Shown piece after piece: positions 9,451 through 18,760 of a stretch of DNA of 64,000 bases. The stretch is from a phage. The DNA lies in sequence record PZ445442.1; one strand, 5' to 3'. How positions within the stretch are numbered: the first letter of the stretch is position 1; every line of letters starts with the position of its first letter. Both the position numbers and the translations under genes were made by a program. A model generated the notes under the pieces. It was not told the origin of the DNA. It did not search any database and saw only the letters and a list, made by a program, of their open reading frames with translations.

Positions 9451-9990
9451 ATGATCAGCGGGGCAAGTTTTATTATTGGCGCTATTGCTACGGCTTTAAT
9501 TGTAAATAAGATCCAGGATAAAAAGGAAAGAGGAAGTACCGCCCTTGCAGAATATCCATTTTGGGCATTCAACGATAACGAAGATTATATTATAAAGTAT
9601 AAAAATAAAGAAGGTGACCAAGTAACACCGCGACCGATCCCGGCTTACAAAATGCAGGAAACACTATACCGCCTGGAGGCGGGAGGCGCAAAAATTGTAG
9701 ACTTTTGGGGATACGACCACACAGATCAGGAAGTTATAAAGCGCCGTATCCGGGCTATTCAGGCCAATATTGAAGTTAGCAAGGGGGAATATATGAAAAT
9801 TAATTTCGAGAAAATTGTAAAGCGCCCTCATGATTCCGAAGAGCTGCCAGAACGCCGCCAGCGTAACAATAAACTGAATAAGCCAAAAAGGTTTGGGAAG
9901 ATCTGGCGTAATCATTATGATCGTAAATTGCCCGGCCTACTTTTGGAACGTGAACGACAGGCAGAACGATACCGCCATAAAGACAAATAA
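9451..9990 (+). CDS. hypothetical protein with N-terminal transmembrane segment
   Basis: 179-aa ORF, AAAGGAGA RBS, N-terminal hydrophobic helix, basic C-terminus. Confidence 0.55.
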   Translation: MISGASFIIGAIATALIVNKIQDKKERGSTALAEYPFWAFNDNEDYIIKYKNKEGDQVTPRPIPAYKMQETLYRLEAGGAKIVDFWGYDHTDQEVIKRRIRAIQANIEVSKGEYMKINFEKIVKRPHDSEELPERRQRNNKLNKPKRFGKIWRNHYDRKLPGLLLERERQAERYRHKDK

Positions 9991-9998
9991 CAACCAAC

Positions 9999-10029
9999 GC
10001 CCCGCCATTGTGCGGGGCTTTTTATTTCT
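9999..10029 (+). terminator. intrinsic terminator (GCCCCGC-cattgt-GCGGGGC + T-run)
   Basis: Perfect 7-bp GC stem followed by TTTTTATTT directly after stop of gene 9451-9990. Confidence 0.8.
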
Positions 10030-10231
10030 ATCCTACGAATAGCGCCCCTGGTTGGCCCCACAAACGCCACAAAAGCCCCTACCTATGCAATCCCCTTTCT
10101 TGACCTGAAAACAACGTCTAGGGCCGTTTTATGGCGTTAAAAATATTATTGACAGTGATTTTATTCAAAGCTTGACACCTTGGAATAGTCCGGATATACT
10201 AACCACATCAAAGCAAGAAGGAGTAAACGCC

Positions 10232-10492
10232 ATGCGTAAATTAAAAAATTTTGATAAAGTAGATGTTGTCCTGAATAATTTTTACTACTGCAATAATAAA
10301 GCCGTTTGGTGGCGTGATAGCTCCACCGATAAAGTTAAAGCGCGCTTTCTCCAGGGGCACTGGCAAGGCCGCCCAGTGATTAAAATCTTAGGGCAATTGG
10401 TAGCGTTTAAAAATTGCCACCGTGTTGACGACGTTGAAGATATTTTGAACATTTTACGCCACAATAATTTAAAAAATAGTGTTGACAAGTAA
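10232..10492 (+). CDS. hypothetical protein
   Basis: ATG at 10232 after AAGGAG; promoter TTGACA-N17-TATACT at about 10170-10198. Confidence 0.5.
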   Translation: MRKLKNFDKVDVVLNNFYYCNNKAVWWRDSSTDKVKARFLQGHWQGRPVIKILGQLVAFKNCHRVDDVEDILNILRHNNLKNSVDK

Positions 10493-10566
10493 GCCTCAAT
10501 AAGTATACTTAAACACACAGGCGGGAAAACTTCCCGCCACTAACAAAGAAAATAGGAGAAAATATC

Positions 10567-11190
10567 ATGACCACCGTTAACATTACTACAGGTTACAATT
10601 TATCTTTCGACGTGCTGACCGACGAACAAAAAGAAAAAGCCGTTGAAATGGTCCGCGAAAGAGAAGAACACAGCGGGGATAATTTTTTTGCAGAAAGTGT
10701 AATTGAATACTATAAAGAATATGTTTTTCCAGAGTATGGCCTTGAAGATACCGAAGTACATTGGTCAGGCTTTTGGTGCCAGGGTGACGGCGCGTCAATC
10801 AGTGCGGAAAACGTGGATTTAGAAAAATTCTTGCGTAAAGTAAAGGCCCTGACCAAGTTCCGATCAATTCGTCACTTGTTCGGCACAATGCACGATGGCG
10901 AGCTATCCGCAAGTGTTGAGCGTGATCCATATAGCCGCTATAGTCACGAAAACACTGTAAGCGGGTACATCGATACTACATGGCTAGACCTGACCGCCAA
11001 ACAAGAAAATAAAGTGGAAGATCTGGAAGAGCTGATCACCGAGACGGTACGGGAGCTATCCCGCAAGGTTTACGTAGACCTGGAGGAGGCCTATCTTGAG
11101 CAATTTACCGCCGAAAACTTGATCGGCCTTATCGAGGCAAATGATTGGCGGTTTGATGTGGATGAGCATGGCGAGATGAGTTTTTCATAA
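10567..11190 (+). CDS. hypothetical acidic protein
   Basis: 207-aa ORF; promoter TTGACA-N16-TATACT (10482-10509), leader hairpin GGCGGGAAAACTTCCCGCC, RBS AGGAGA. Confidence 0.55.
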   Translation: MTTVNITTGYNLSFDVLTDEQKEKAVEMVREREEHSGDNFFAESVIEYYKEYVFPEYGLEDTEVHWSGFWCQGDGASISAENVDLEKFLRKVKALTKFRSIRHLFGTMHDGELSASVERDPYSRYSHENTVSGYIDTTWLDLTAKQENKVEDLEELITETVRELSRKVYVDLEEAYLEQFTAENLIGLIEANDWRFDVDEHGEMSFS

Positions 11191-11279
11191 ATAAAGTGTT
11201 GCAATAATCTAAAAACCTGCTATATTAAAACTCAAGGGGCAAGACGTTTGCCCCCACACAAAACAAAGAGGAAAACATC

Positions 11280-11660
11280 ATGAAAAACACTACTAAAGCT
11301 ATTGACACCGTCATGTTTAACCTGGTTACATTCCGTGAAGATATGAAAGATCTTCCTCGTGAAACAGTGTGCGACCATATCGAAAACTATCGCAAACTAA
11401 TCAAAGAGTTGCCTTTAAAACGTGATCAATATGCGGCTAACGCCATGCTTAATGCCATGATCAAAAAGATGATCCAGTGTGATTTAACCCTGGCCTATGA
11501 TTATGCAGGCGGTCGTTTTGCAGTATACAATCAGCCCGTGCCCGGTATGAGCACCACCGAAGAATTGCACGCGCTCAATCTAAAACAAGACGTGTGGGAT
11601 AGTATGCCTCGCGTGGTGGTATGGGTAGAAAGCGGAAAGATTTACGGCGATAATTTTTAA
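11280..11660 (+). CDS. hypothetical protein
   Basis: 126-aa ORF; promoter TTGCAA-N16-TATATT, leader hairpin GGGGCAAGACGTTTGCCCC, RBS AGAGGA. Confidence 0.55.
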   Translation: MKNTTKAIDTVMFNLVTFREDMKDLPRETVCDHIENYRKLIKELPLKRDQYAANAMLNAMIKKMIQCDLTLAYDYAGGRFAVYNQPVPGMSTTEELHALNLKQDVWDSMPRVVVWVESGKIYGDNF

Positions 11661-11724
11661 TCAGGTAGCAGGCGGCATATTTGCCGCCTTATTGTTAATC
11701 AGAACTGTAAAAGAGGTACATAGA

Positions 11725-12096
11725 ATGGAATTTATTATTTTGGCTGTATTTGTTGCCTTGTTCAACGCCTGGATCGCTGGCAAGATGGGTAGATCCGCCT
11801 TTTTATGGTTTATTATATCTATTTTCCTGGGGGTGGTTGCAACTATTGTACTTGTTATCCTTGCAATTGTTGACAAGGGGAATAATAGAAAGGGTAAAGT
11901 ATTTTCAGACCTGTACGACGCTCAAACGTTTGTCAACGCCTATTATAGTGATCTTCCAGTCTCCCTACGCTGCAGCCTGGCACAACAAGTTTTCGATGAG
12001 GCTAAAACCAGAGATCAAGCCCATGAGATATGTTTAACTGAGGCGGATCGCCTATTTGAGAGGAATAGAAAATATGTGGGCCAACCGTTTAAATAA
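11725..12096 (+). CDS. putative membrane protein (two predicted TM helices)
   Basis: ATG at 11725 after AAAGAGG; hydrophobic segments. Confidence 0.5.
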   Translation: MEFIILAVFVALFNAWIAGKMGRSAFLWFIISIFLGVVATIVLVILAIVDKGNNRKGKVFSDLYDAQTFVNAYYSDLPVSLRCSLAQQVFDEAKTRDQAHEICLTEADRLFERNRKYVGQPFK

Positions 12097-12295
12097 TGCC
12101 ACATTAATTAATCCCTTTAGTGAAGATTTGAAGCCAGCCGCCTGGCGTGATGGATTCAATAACGAACGCTTTATTTTCAAGCCTGATCTTGAGGAATTTT
12201 ATAACAATGGATCGAACAACGACAGAGATAATTTTTCTTGTGGTGTGCGTAGTGATGGTACTCCTGGGGGCCATTGTAAACCACGTCACTACTAA
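12074..12295 (+). CDS. hypothetical protein (uncertain; overlaps alternative small membrane-peptide ORFs)
   Basis: ATG at 12074 after GAGAGG; competing small ORFs at 12207-12332 and 12316-12432 each with RBS. Confidence 0.3.
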   Translation: MWANRLNNATLINPFSEDLKPAAWRDGFNNERFIFKPDLEEFYNNGSNNDRDNFSCGVRSDGTPGGHCKPRHY

Positions 12296-12438
12296 CAGGG
12301 GGAAAGGGGGAGACGATGACACCCAAGGATAAGCCCCGCACCGATAAGGCGCGCCGTGTTATGGTATGGCTTGAGATCATCGCCCTTGAAATATTGTTAG
12401 GGGTAGGGATGTACTTTATCGCTGTAAGTAACTAAGAA

Positions 12439-12467
12439 CGGCCCCCCGATCATGGGGGCCTATCTTT
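12439..12467 (+). terminator. intrinsic terminator (GGCCCCC-gatcat-GGGGGCC + T-run)
   Basis: GC stem-loop followed by TATCTTTT. Confidence 0.7.
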
Positions 12468-12572
12468 TAAAAAAATTCTTCCGGGGTGTTGCAATCCGGT
12501 CCGGAATGTGGATAATAACAATCAACGGGGAGCTAATCCCCACCACCACAAAAACCAGAAAGGAGAAACAAA

Positions 12573-12773
12573 ATGAGCAACAATATCCGCGTTATTAACT
12601 TCAAAAAAGAAGAAAAAATTGCCGTGCTGATTGACGGTCAAGAAATCTTCAAGGGCGACTATGAAGATCATCAAACGGCGATTAGTATCACTCGCGTGAT
12701 TGGTTACCATAATTTTTACCCCCAAGGCGCTGAGGCAGCGGTTAAACGAATCAAAGAGATTGTAGGCCTGTAA
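12573..12773 (+). CDS. hypothetical protein
   Basis: 66-aa ORF; promoter TTGCAA-N18-TAATAA, leader hairpin GGGGAGCTAATCCCC, RBS AAGGAGA. Confidence 0.5.
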   Translation: MSNNIRVINFKKEEKIAVLIDGQEIFKGDYEDHQTAISITRVIGYHNFYPQGAEAAVKRIKEIVGL

Positions 12774-12774
12774 A

Positions 12775-12820
12775 ATTTATTTTTAGATGGCCTTGACTCC
12801 AGGGCCATCAATAAAGTAAA
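12775..12820 (+). repeat. conserved 45-bp intergenic element copy 3 (one mismatch: TTGACT)
   Basis: Aligns to 8423-8467 and 9043-9087. Confidence 0.7.
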
Positions 12821-12867
12821 TTTAAACCCTGTTAAAAATACCACGCAGTTAACAAGGAGTGATAGAC

Positions 12868-13167
12868 ATGTTTATCCAGGCTAATAATCTTTATTTCTTT
12901 GATGGTCAGATCGTAGACGGCGTGGAGGTGGAAATCACCGGGTGCCCTAGCGGTCAGGTTATGACTTTTCGGAATAATGCCTTTGATGATTCTCATATCG
13001 TTATGAGAATGGAAGTTAGTAAGCTGGATGACAAGAAAACACTTATCGACTATTCCGTCAAAGATCATCCAGACTACCACATGATCTATGGTGATTTGTG
13101 CATTGTTGACCGTGACAAGGTTGGCGGCATTGTGATCGCTATTGTGAACGATGTTTTCTCAAACTAA
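12868..13167 (+). CDS. hypothetical protein
   Basis: ATG at 12868 after AAGGAG. Confidence 0.5.
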   Translation: MFIQANNLYFFDGQIVDGVEVEITGCPSGQVMTFRNNAFDDSHIVMRMEVSKLDDKKTLIDYSVKDHPDYHMIYGDLCIVDRDKVGGIVIAIVNDVFSN

Positions 13168-13184
13168 TTTCAGCAGGTAATTTT

Positions 13185-13535
13185 ATGAAAGTAAAACTAT
13201 ATTACCTTAATGAGCTTAACCCCCTTGCCCAGGTCCGCGCCCTGGCTAATACCTTGATTTGTGAGAAATCTGTATATTGTGTTGAGCTTAACGCCATGCG
13301 TGAACGTCTCAAAGGTGGTTACTTTGACATCCATGCTGCAATCAACGGCCTGAATATAGAATTTATCCGCTTACGTAACAGCCGCCAGAATCTGGCAAGA
13401 ATGGAACAAGATCCGGCCCACCTTCGTAAGCTGGTTATTGAAAATCATCTGATGTTTAATGCCGATGGTGATTATTACCATTTTCACCGTAAACGCTGGT
13501 ACCGTAGCGGCAATATAGGAAAGAATGCAAAATAA
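13185..13535 (+). CDS. hypothetical protein
   Basis: 116-aa ORF. Confidence 0.5.
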   Translation: MKVKLYYLNELNPLAQVRALANTLICEKSVYCVELNAMRERLKGGYFDIHAAINGLNIEFIRLRNSRQNLARMEQDPAHLRKLVIENHLMFNADGDYYHFHRKRWYRSGNIGKNAK

Positions 13536-13572
13536 GGCCCCTGGCAGGGCCTGCAGCGATATAATCACATAA

Positions 13573-13604
13573 AGGCTATGCGGTTGCATAGCCTTTATTA
13601 TTTT
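13573..13604 (+). terminator. intrinsic terminator (AGGCTATGC-ggtt-GCATAGCCT + T-run)
   Basis: 9-bp perfect stem followed by TTATTATTTT. Confidence 0.8.
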
Positions 13605-13744
13605 GGCGTTACAGCGGCCCCCAAGGCGCTTAAAAAATTTTTAAAGAAGTACTTGCATCAAGTCCTACAATATGGATAATAAAGGGTGTCGGGGGGGGGC
13701 GGTGAGGCCTCCAATCATTAACCGGATAGATAGGAGTTAAAACC

Positions 13745-14029
13745 ATGGCTATTGTTACCGTTGGCGATGTAGTGGAAATGGAAGCAAAATACTTAAAAGC
13801 GGGTATGCATATCCTACGCAACGATCTTGAACTAGTCCTGACAATGGTTGACTATAACCCAGGGCAAGATTATCCAAGCATCGACTACTTTTTTGAGTAT
13901 GTTGATGAAGAGTTGAAAGAGGATGAGGCCTATTGCGGTGAGTTCTGCAATTTCTTTTGTCCTGATGAGGTTGTAAAGGTTATCTATCAACCTGGCGTAC
14001 CTTTCCCGCTGCACGCTATCAATAAATAA
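13745..14029 (+). CDS. hypothetical acidic protein
   Basis: 94-aa ORF, RBS TAGGAGTTAAAACC. Confidence 0.5.
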   Translation: MAIVTVGDVVEMEAKYLKAGMHILRNDLELVLTMVDYNPGQDYPSIDYFFEYVDEELKEDEAYCGEFCNFFCPDEVVKVIYQPGVPFPLHAINK

Positions 14030-14092
14030 ACCTGGTGGGGCCGAAAAGGCCCCCTCCTGAAACTATGAAAAAATAAAGAGAGGTAAATCATC

Positions 14093-14326
14093 ATGATGGA
14101 ACAAATTAAACGCGCTGAGTCTATTAATGGCAATGTGATCTATTTTGTCAGCAAAAACGAAAAAGGCGTACCATATGCGGCGGTAATAGTACAACCTGAC
14201 GGCGATTATTGGTTTACTGTATACGGATCTTATTCTTTCGGGCGTCCGGTTCATGATAGAATTTTGAAAGTAGCAAATCCGACCGGGAAAAATATCACAG
14301 CAGAAAAATTTTTTGAAAATAGTTGA
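14093..14326 (+). CDS. hypothetical protein
   Basis: 77-aa ORF, RBS AGAGAGG. Confidence 0.5.
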   Translation: MMEQIKRAESINGNVIYFVSKNEKGVPYAAVIVQPDGDYWFTVYGSYSFGRPVHDRILKVANPTGKNITAEKFFENS

Positions 14327-14402
14327 CATGACCATATAAGACTGTAATATATAAATCAAAGGGGGGCAACAAGCCCCACCAACCACAAAGAGGATAAAAA
14401 TC

Positions 14403-14582
14403 ATGGCTATTATTGCAAAGACTGAGATCGTAGGCTTAGATTCTATTCTCCTCGCATATGAGGAAGCTATAGAAATGTATGTGGTTTCCTATGGTGAGTA
14501 TATTCGTGAATATAAATCTATTGATCTGGCTTTTGAATGTTATATTCGCCAGGTAAATAAAGCATATGATGATTATCGTTAA
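14403..14582 (+). CDS. hypothetical protein (59 aa, below track cutoff)
   Basis: Promoter TTGACA-N16-TAATAT (14321-14348), leader hairpin GGGGGGCAACAAGCCCC, RBS AAGAGGA, ATG 14403. Confidence 0.45.
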   Translation: MAIIAKTEIVGLDSILLAYEEAIEMYVVSYGEYIREYKSIDLAFECYIRQVNKAYDDYR

Positions 14583-14667
14583 AATAGTTTGACAACAATT
14601 ACAAATCGGGTAGAATGTATTTCGTAGGGCGGCAATGATGCCGCTCACAACTAAAAGAGAGATCATC

Positions 14668-14862
14668 ATGGCGCTTAAAAAACTAACAAGCAATACTCGT
14701 TGGGATGAAATCGACGGGGAAGTTTACATTTTTGCCCGTAAACCAGGGGATCAAAAATGGTCAAAGGCTTTTACTTGCCATCCTGCAACAATAGATCTGA
14801 TAAAAAGTCAAGGACTACGTGAAGCAGTAGCAAGAAGTTTACTGATCCCTTGTAAAAATTAG
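14668..14862 (+). CDS. hypothetical protein
   Basis: ATG at 14668 after AAAGAGAG; promoter TTGACA-N16-TAGAAT upstream. Confidence 0.5.
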   Translation: MALKKLTSNTRWDEIDGEVYIFARKPGDQKWSKAFTCHPATIDLIKSQGLREAVARSLLIPCKN

Positions 14863-14939
14863 TTTGACAACAGTCAACAATCTGGTAAAGTGTACTACAT
14901 AGCGCGGGAATACTTCCCGCCATTAATGAGGGTAATTTA

Positions 14940-15077
14940 ATGAAAACTTTCAACGCAACAGCCTCGACAATTGGTTATATTATTACAGTACAAGCCGTGG
15001 ATCTGGTAGCAGCAGCAAACAAGATTAAAAAGATGATTCCGCCAGGTAGTGAATTTTCCGTTTGGGAAGTAAAATAA
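14940..15077 (+). CDS. hypothetical small protein (45 aa)
   Basis: Promoter TTGACA at about 14866, leader hairpin GCGGGAATACTTCCCGC, RBS TGAGGGTA, ATG 14940. Confidence 0.4.
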   Translation: MKTFNATASTIGYIITVQAVDLVAAANKIKKMIPPGSEFSVWEVK

Positions 15078-15160
15078 ATCTTGACAATAGTTTATTACTT
15101 GATAGACTGTATTTCGTAGGGCGGGGCAATAAGGCAACGCCCATTAATGAGGGTAGAATC

Positions 15161-15265
15161 ATGTTAGAGAAAATTTTCACGGTTGTAGTAGTTGGCCTGG
15201 CATTATCGGTTGGAGTGGTTGCAACTATGGCTAACATGATCCTATCTTCCCACGGTATCGGTTAA
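15161..15265 (+). CDS. small hydrophobic peptide (34 aa)
   Basis: Promoter TTGACA at about 15071, conserved leader, RBS TGAGGGTAG, ATG 15161; single TM-like helix. Confidence 0.35.
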   Translation: MLEKIFTVVVVGLALSVGVVATMANMILSSHGIG

Positions 15266-15275
15266 GGTGAATCAA

Positions 15276-15491
15276 ATGATCACGAATAAGACAGGTAAAA
15301 CAGAATTTTTACGCGGCTTGCAAATAGGTAAGCCTGAGATCTGGCATTGCACTAAAACACCACGTGACGAAATGAAAGACTTCACCGCCACGCTGCAACG
15401 GGTAAAGATATCCATCACGCAGAAAAAGGCCTTGATAGTGGTGGAAGGTGAGATCCCTCAAACCGTTGTTATAGTTGAGCGTACAGCATAG
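15276..15491 (+). CDS. hypothetical protein
   Basis: ATG 15276 (track uses GTG 15267). Confidence 0.45.
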   Translation: MITNKTGKTEFLRGLQIGKPEIWHCTKTPRDEMKDFTATLQRVKISITQKKALIVVEGEIPQTVVIVERTA

Positions 15492-15582
15492 TTTAATTTA
15501 TAGCGATACCTGAAAATTAACCAATAAATCATAAACAGGCGGTTACCGCCGCCTTAAACGTAGCAGAAAGAGGCTAGACACA

Positions 15583-15867
15583 ATGAAAAAGATGATCGCA
15601 GTAGTTGCCCTGGTTGTTGGACTTAATGCGCCTGTAATGGCTAAAGAGCTGGCAAAAGAGGTTAATCTAACGGATATCCATGCCGTCAATCAAATCGGGG
15701 TTACTTATCGCTTATGCCTTGCCGCTAAAACTTTTAATGACGGCACAACAGAGTACTACGGATTCGAGGGTATCCGGTGCGGTAAGCTTGCTCGCGACCT
15801 TAAGGAAGATCCAGACCTGGAAGATCTGCCCATCACCGTAAACGGTAAAGCTTACGTAAACCGTTAA
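15583..15867 (+). CDS. putative secreted/periplasmic protein
   Basis: N-terminal signal-peptide-like MKKMIAVVALVVGLNAPVMA; RBS AAAGAGG. Confidence 0.5.
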   Translation: MKKMIAVVALVVGLNAPVMAKELAKEVNLTDIHAVNQIGVTYRLCLAAKTFNDGTTEYYGFEGIRCGKLARDLKEDPDLEDLPITVNGKAYVNR

Positions 15868-15870
15868 CCA

Positions 15871-16005
15871 TGAGAAAGATAATCATCACCTTGGGGATTG
15901 TGGCTGGATCGCTGGCGCTCTTTCCCCTTATGGTTAGGTATGTGCTGATCAGTATTGTCCTGGTAGTCAGTGATCTATTGGGAACGGTTGGCACCTTGTT
16001 TTAAA
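15871..16005 (+). CDS. small membrane peptide (44 aa)
   Basis: ATG immediately after upstream stop; two hydrophobic stretches. Confidence 0.35.
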
Positions 16006-16016
16006 GAGCGATAAAA

Positions 16017-16208
16017 ATGAATATCGAACAAGTTAGAAAGGTATTGGCGGTACTGCGTTATCATAATCATAGAAAGGTTATAGACGATCCTGATTATGTT
16101 GATTCAAGTCTGGAAGGGGATACACTGCAAGCCATAAGCAACATGCAAGAATTGCTCAAGCGCATGACAGAGAAAAACCGACCGGACTACATAGGCGAAA
16201 AAATATAA
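16017..16208 (+). CDS. hypothetical protein
   Basis: 63-aa ORF. Confidence 0.45.
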   Translation: MNIEQVRKVLAVLRYHNHRKVIDDPDYVDSSLEGDTLQAISNMQELLKRMTEKNRPDYIGEKI

Positions 16209-16224
16209 TCCTTATAAACTACAA

Positions 16225-16255
16225 AACAGGGCTTGCAATGGTCCTGTTTTTTGTT
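16225..16255 (+). terminator. intrinsic terminator (stem AACAGGG/CCTGTT + T-run)
   Basis: Hairpin followed by TTTTTTGTT after gene 16017-16208. Confidence 0.65.
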
Positions 16256-16419
16256 ATACTTGTTTCACGGCAGGCACCTGGCGACGGGTGGAGACAATCA
16301 CCGGGCCTGCCTGTCATATAAGAACTATAAAAACCGTTGACATCTGCCAGGTGGTGGGGTAACATTTATCTTGAAGGGGCAAAAGTGCCCACACAACAAC
16401 CAGAAGAGAGGAAAACATT

Positions 16420-16692
16420 ATGTCAAGCTGGATTAATCAAGAAGTCGAATCACGTTTTAATGCTATTTGGGATCTCATCGAAAAAGAGGACGGAACATCA
16501 AGCCCTTATCTCAATAATCTTGAATTCCATTTCGTGGAAGCGATGAACGCAGAACATGATCACGAAGGTGGTGCGGATGAGTTCGCTAAAGGGTATGGCT
16601 TCAACAATGCCAACGAAATGATCGAGGCGGTTGTACTCCAGGCTGAGGAAGATTATCAATTAAAAACGCTTGAATTCTGCCGCCGTAAGTAA
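16420..16692 (+). CDS. hypothetical acidic protein
   Basis: Promoter TTGACA-N17-TAACAT, leader hairpin GGGGCAAAAGTGCCC, RBS AGAGAGGA. Confidence 0.5.
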   Translation: MSSWINQEVESRFNAIWDLIEKEDGTSSPYLNNLEFHFVEAMNAEHDHEGGADEFAKGYGFNNANEMIEAVVLQAEEDYQLKTLEFCRRK

Positions 16693-16752
16693 TAAGATAA
16701 TGACACGGGCCAAAAGGCCCACTAATCAGAACCACACAAAGAGAGAAAGAAA

Positions 16753-16971
16753 ATGACAACCCGTAAAATTAAAGTTGTTTGCATTGAATCGACTGGGGGC
16801 GCTTTTGTAGTTGGTCAGGAATATAATGCGGTTTTAATGGGTACGGATTGGAAGGTTAAAGGCCTTAATGGTTACGAGTACGGCACTACTTGCGGCTTGC
16901 GTGGTCGAATCGGATACGTGAGTTTAGACAACAAAGAAAAATTTGTTTTCGACACCGTTGTGAGTAAATAG
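16753..16971 (+). CDS. hypothetical protein
   Basis: Leader hairpin GGGCCAAAAGGCCC, RBS AAAGAGAGA. Confidence 0.5.
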   Translation: MTTRKIKVVCIESTGGAFVVGQEYNAVLMGTDWKVKGLNGYEYGTTCGLRGRIGYVSLDNKEKFVFDTVVSK

Positions 16972-17049
16972 CATGAATTGCTAAAGACTGATCTGCGAAC
17001 TGCTGTATTATCAACTAATCAAAACGAACCGCATAAAGAGGAAAACATC

Positions 17050-17313
17050 ATGAAACGTCTGGATCAGCTTAAATTAGTTCAGTACATGGCCTACAGAATT
17101 CTTGAAGTCCAAAAAGGTAGCAAAAAAGAGGTTTGCGAGAAAGCTTATAAGATCTTTACTCGCAAAAAAGATGACTGGATGCTACGCCAGACCAAAAAAT
17201 CCGATATCCTGGGGTACCTGGAAGAAGAGATCCGGCTTGAAGAACAAGAAGAGATCCGCCGCAGTGAGGCAGATTATCAGGCAGCTTGGGAAAACTGGAT
17301 GAGCAACAAATAA
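17050..17313 (+). CDS. hypothetical protein
   Basis: ATG at 17050 after AAAGAGGAAAAC. Confidence 0.5.
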   Translation: MKRLDQLKLVQYMAYRILEVQKGSKKEVCEKAYKIFTRKKDDWMLRQTKKSDILGYLEEEIRLEEQEEIRRSEADYQAAWENWMSNK

Positions 17314-17457
17314 TACAACAAGTTACGGTCAGGGGGGTAATAAAGCCCCTTGATCACATAAAAATTATGCTATCCCTGGTTGACAGGGATCGGCAGTTTT
17401 GCTATATTCTTTTTTGAAGGGGAGTTGTAAGAAAATTAACTAAGAGGTAAAAACACC

Positions 17458-17877
17458 ATGAACATTAAATCTAATAATCCGGCATATAGCTTTGATAACG
17501 CTTTTTGTCACGGTCCGGCGGCGAAAGGATTCGAAATCGATGGTAAACTAATTATTGTCAATGTTGACGGGGAAGAGGTTGCAGTATATCCGGTGGCAGA
17601 CGTTAAAAGCCGTCTACAATGCCGCATGGATGTTACCGCCTATCAGCTTGATCCGGTCCGCATAGTTGCCCTGGTCCTGGAAGAAGAAATTAAAGCCATG
17701 CACCATAGCAACAGATTTATTGGTGACGCGCAGGATAATATGAAAGTATGCCGCCATAAAGTTAATGAAGTGCTTAAAGAGTACGGCTATAAAGATCTTA
17801 TGATCAAACGCGAGGAAAAATTCCGCTACCGTAACGACCTGGCAAATCGGATTTTTGAAATATACGAATCATTATAA
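17458..17877 (+). CDS. hypothetical protein
   Basis: 139-aa ORF, RBS TAAGAGG; last gene of + block. Confidence 0.5.
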   Translation: MNIKSNNPAYSFDNAFCHGPAAKGFEIDGKLIIVNVDGEEVAVYPVADVKSRLQCRMDVTAYQLDPVRIVALVLEEEIKAMHHSNRFIGDAQDNMKVCRHKVNEVLKEYGYKDLMIKREEKFRYRNDLANRIFEIYESL

Positions 17878-17895
17878 TTTTTTAACTGAATTATC

Positions 17896-17922
17896 AAGGG
17901 GCTTAGGCCCCTTTCTTTTTGT
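17896..17922 (+). terminator. intrinsic terminator closing the + strand block (AAGGGGC-ttag-GCCCCTT + TCTTTTTGT)
   Basis: 7-bp perfect stem plus U-run 20 nt after stop. Confidence 0.85.
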
Positions 17923-18409
17923 CTGCTCTTCCCCCTACCATAAACGGCCCTACCTGGCAAGTGGAATAATTGACGAGCCATCAATCCCACACACTGTACA
18001 AACATACATATAAAATAACTATTGCATAATTTTTCATTGTGTGGTAGCAGGGCCATTTTTACACATTTTTCCTTCCAAAATTGCACGTAATGCAGCATTT
18101 GCACAAAATTTAACCTGATGCATATATTCAATAGCTTGTCAACAACTAAAAATCTTTATAAGTCATACACTTACATAACTACAAAAGCGTTTTCTACGTG
18201 AAAAATCGAGTATAACTATAGCCGCCAGATCTCAGAATTTACGTACGCTCGCCATTCTATAGCCTGCTAAGCATTTATTCCAACCATAGAATAACGGAAT
18301 AGTCAATACCTGCATAAAATAATTATTCGTGTAAACTGCATAACATAAATCGGCCCAGGTGTCAACATTTTTCGTAAACAGTCTGGAATTGTCACGTTAG
18401 GTTACCATA

Positions 18410-18760
18410 AGCAGAGAAATCTTTAGTCGTCTAATGTTTACTGTACGTTACTATATTAACTGAAATCATTAGATGACTAATAGAAAGATAAGAAATAATT
18501 AACAATACAATTATTTTATCTGTAACAATAAGGCAACTATGCAAACGAATGGCATGGCGCGACGGAGTCGCGACATAATATAAAAGCAGTAACCATCACC
18601 CCCGTGATAGTTTGTCTGCAAACTATTAATCAGATCATAGTTGCCTTGTATTTAGTTAATCATGACATAACAAGCAAGGCAACTATAGATCTTCTAATAG
18701 TTGCCCTGCTTTTATATTATGTCATAAATTATTAACATGCAAACGAATGGCATGGCTTAT
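18410..18760. repeat. non-coding repeat cluster (direct repeat ATGCAAACGAATGGCATGGC at 18538 and 18728; inverted GACATAATATAAAAGCAG/CTGCTTTTATATTATGTC; AAGGCAACTAT motifs in both orientations; palindrome ATAGTTTG-TCTG-CAAACTAT)
   Basis: Direct reading; no credible ORF. Confidence 0.55.
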
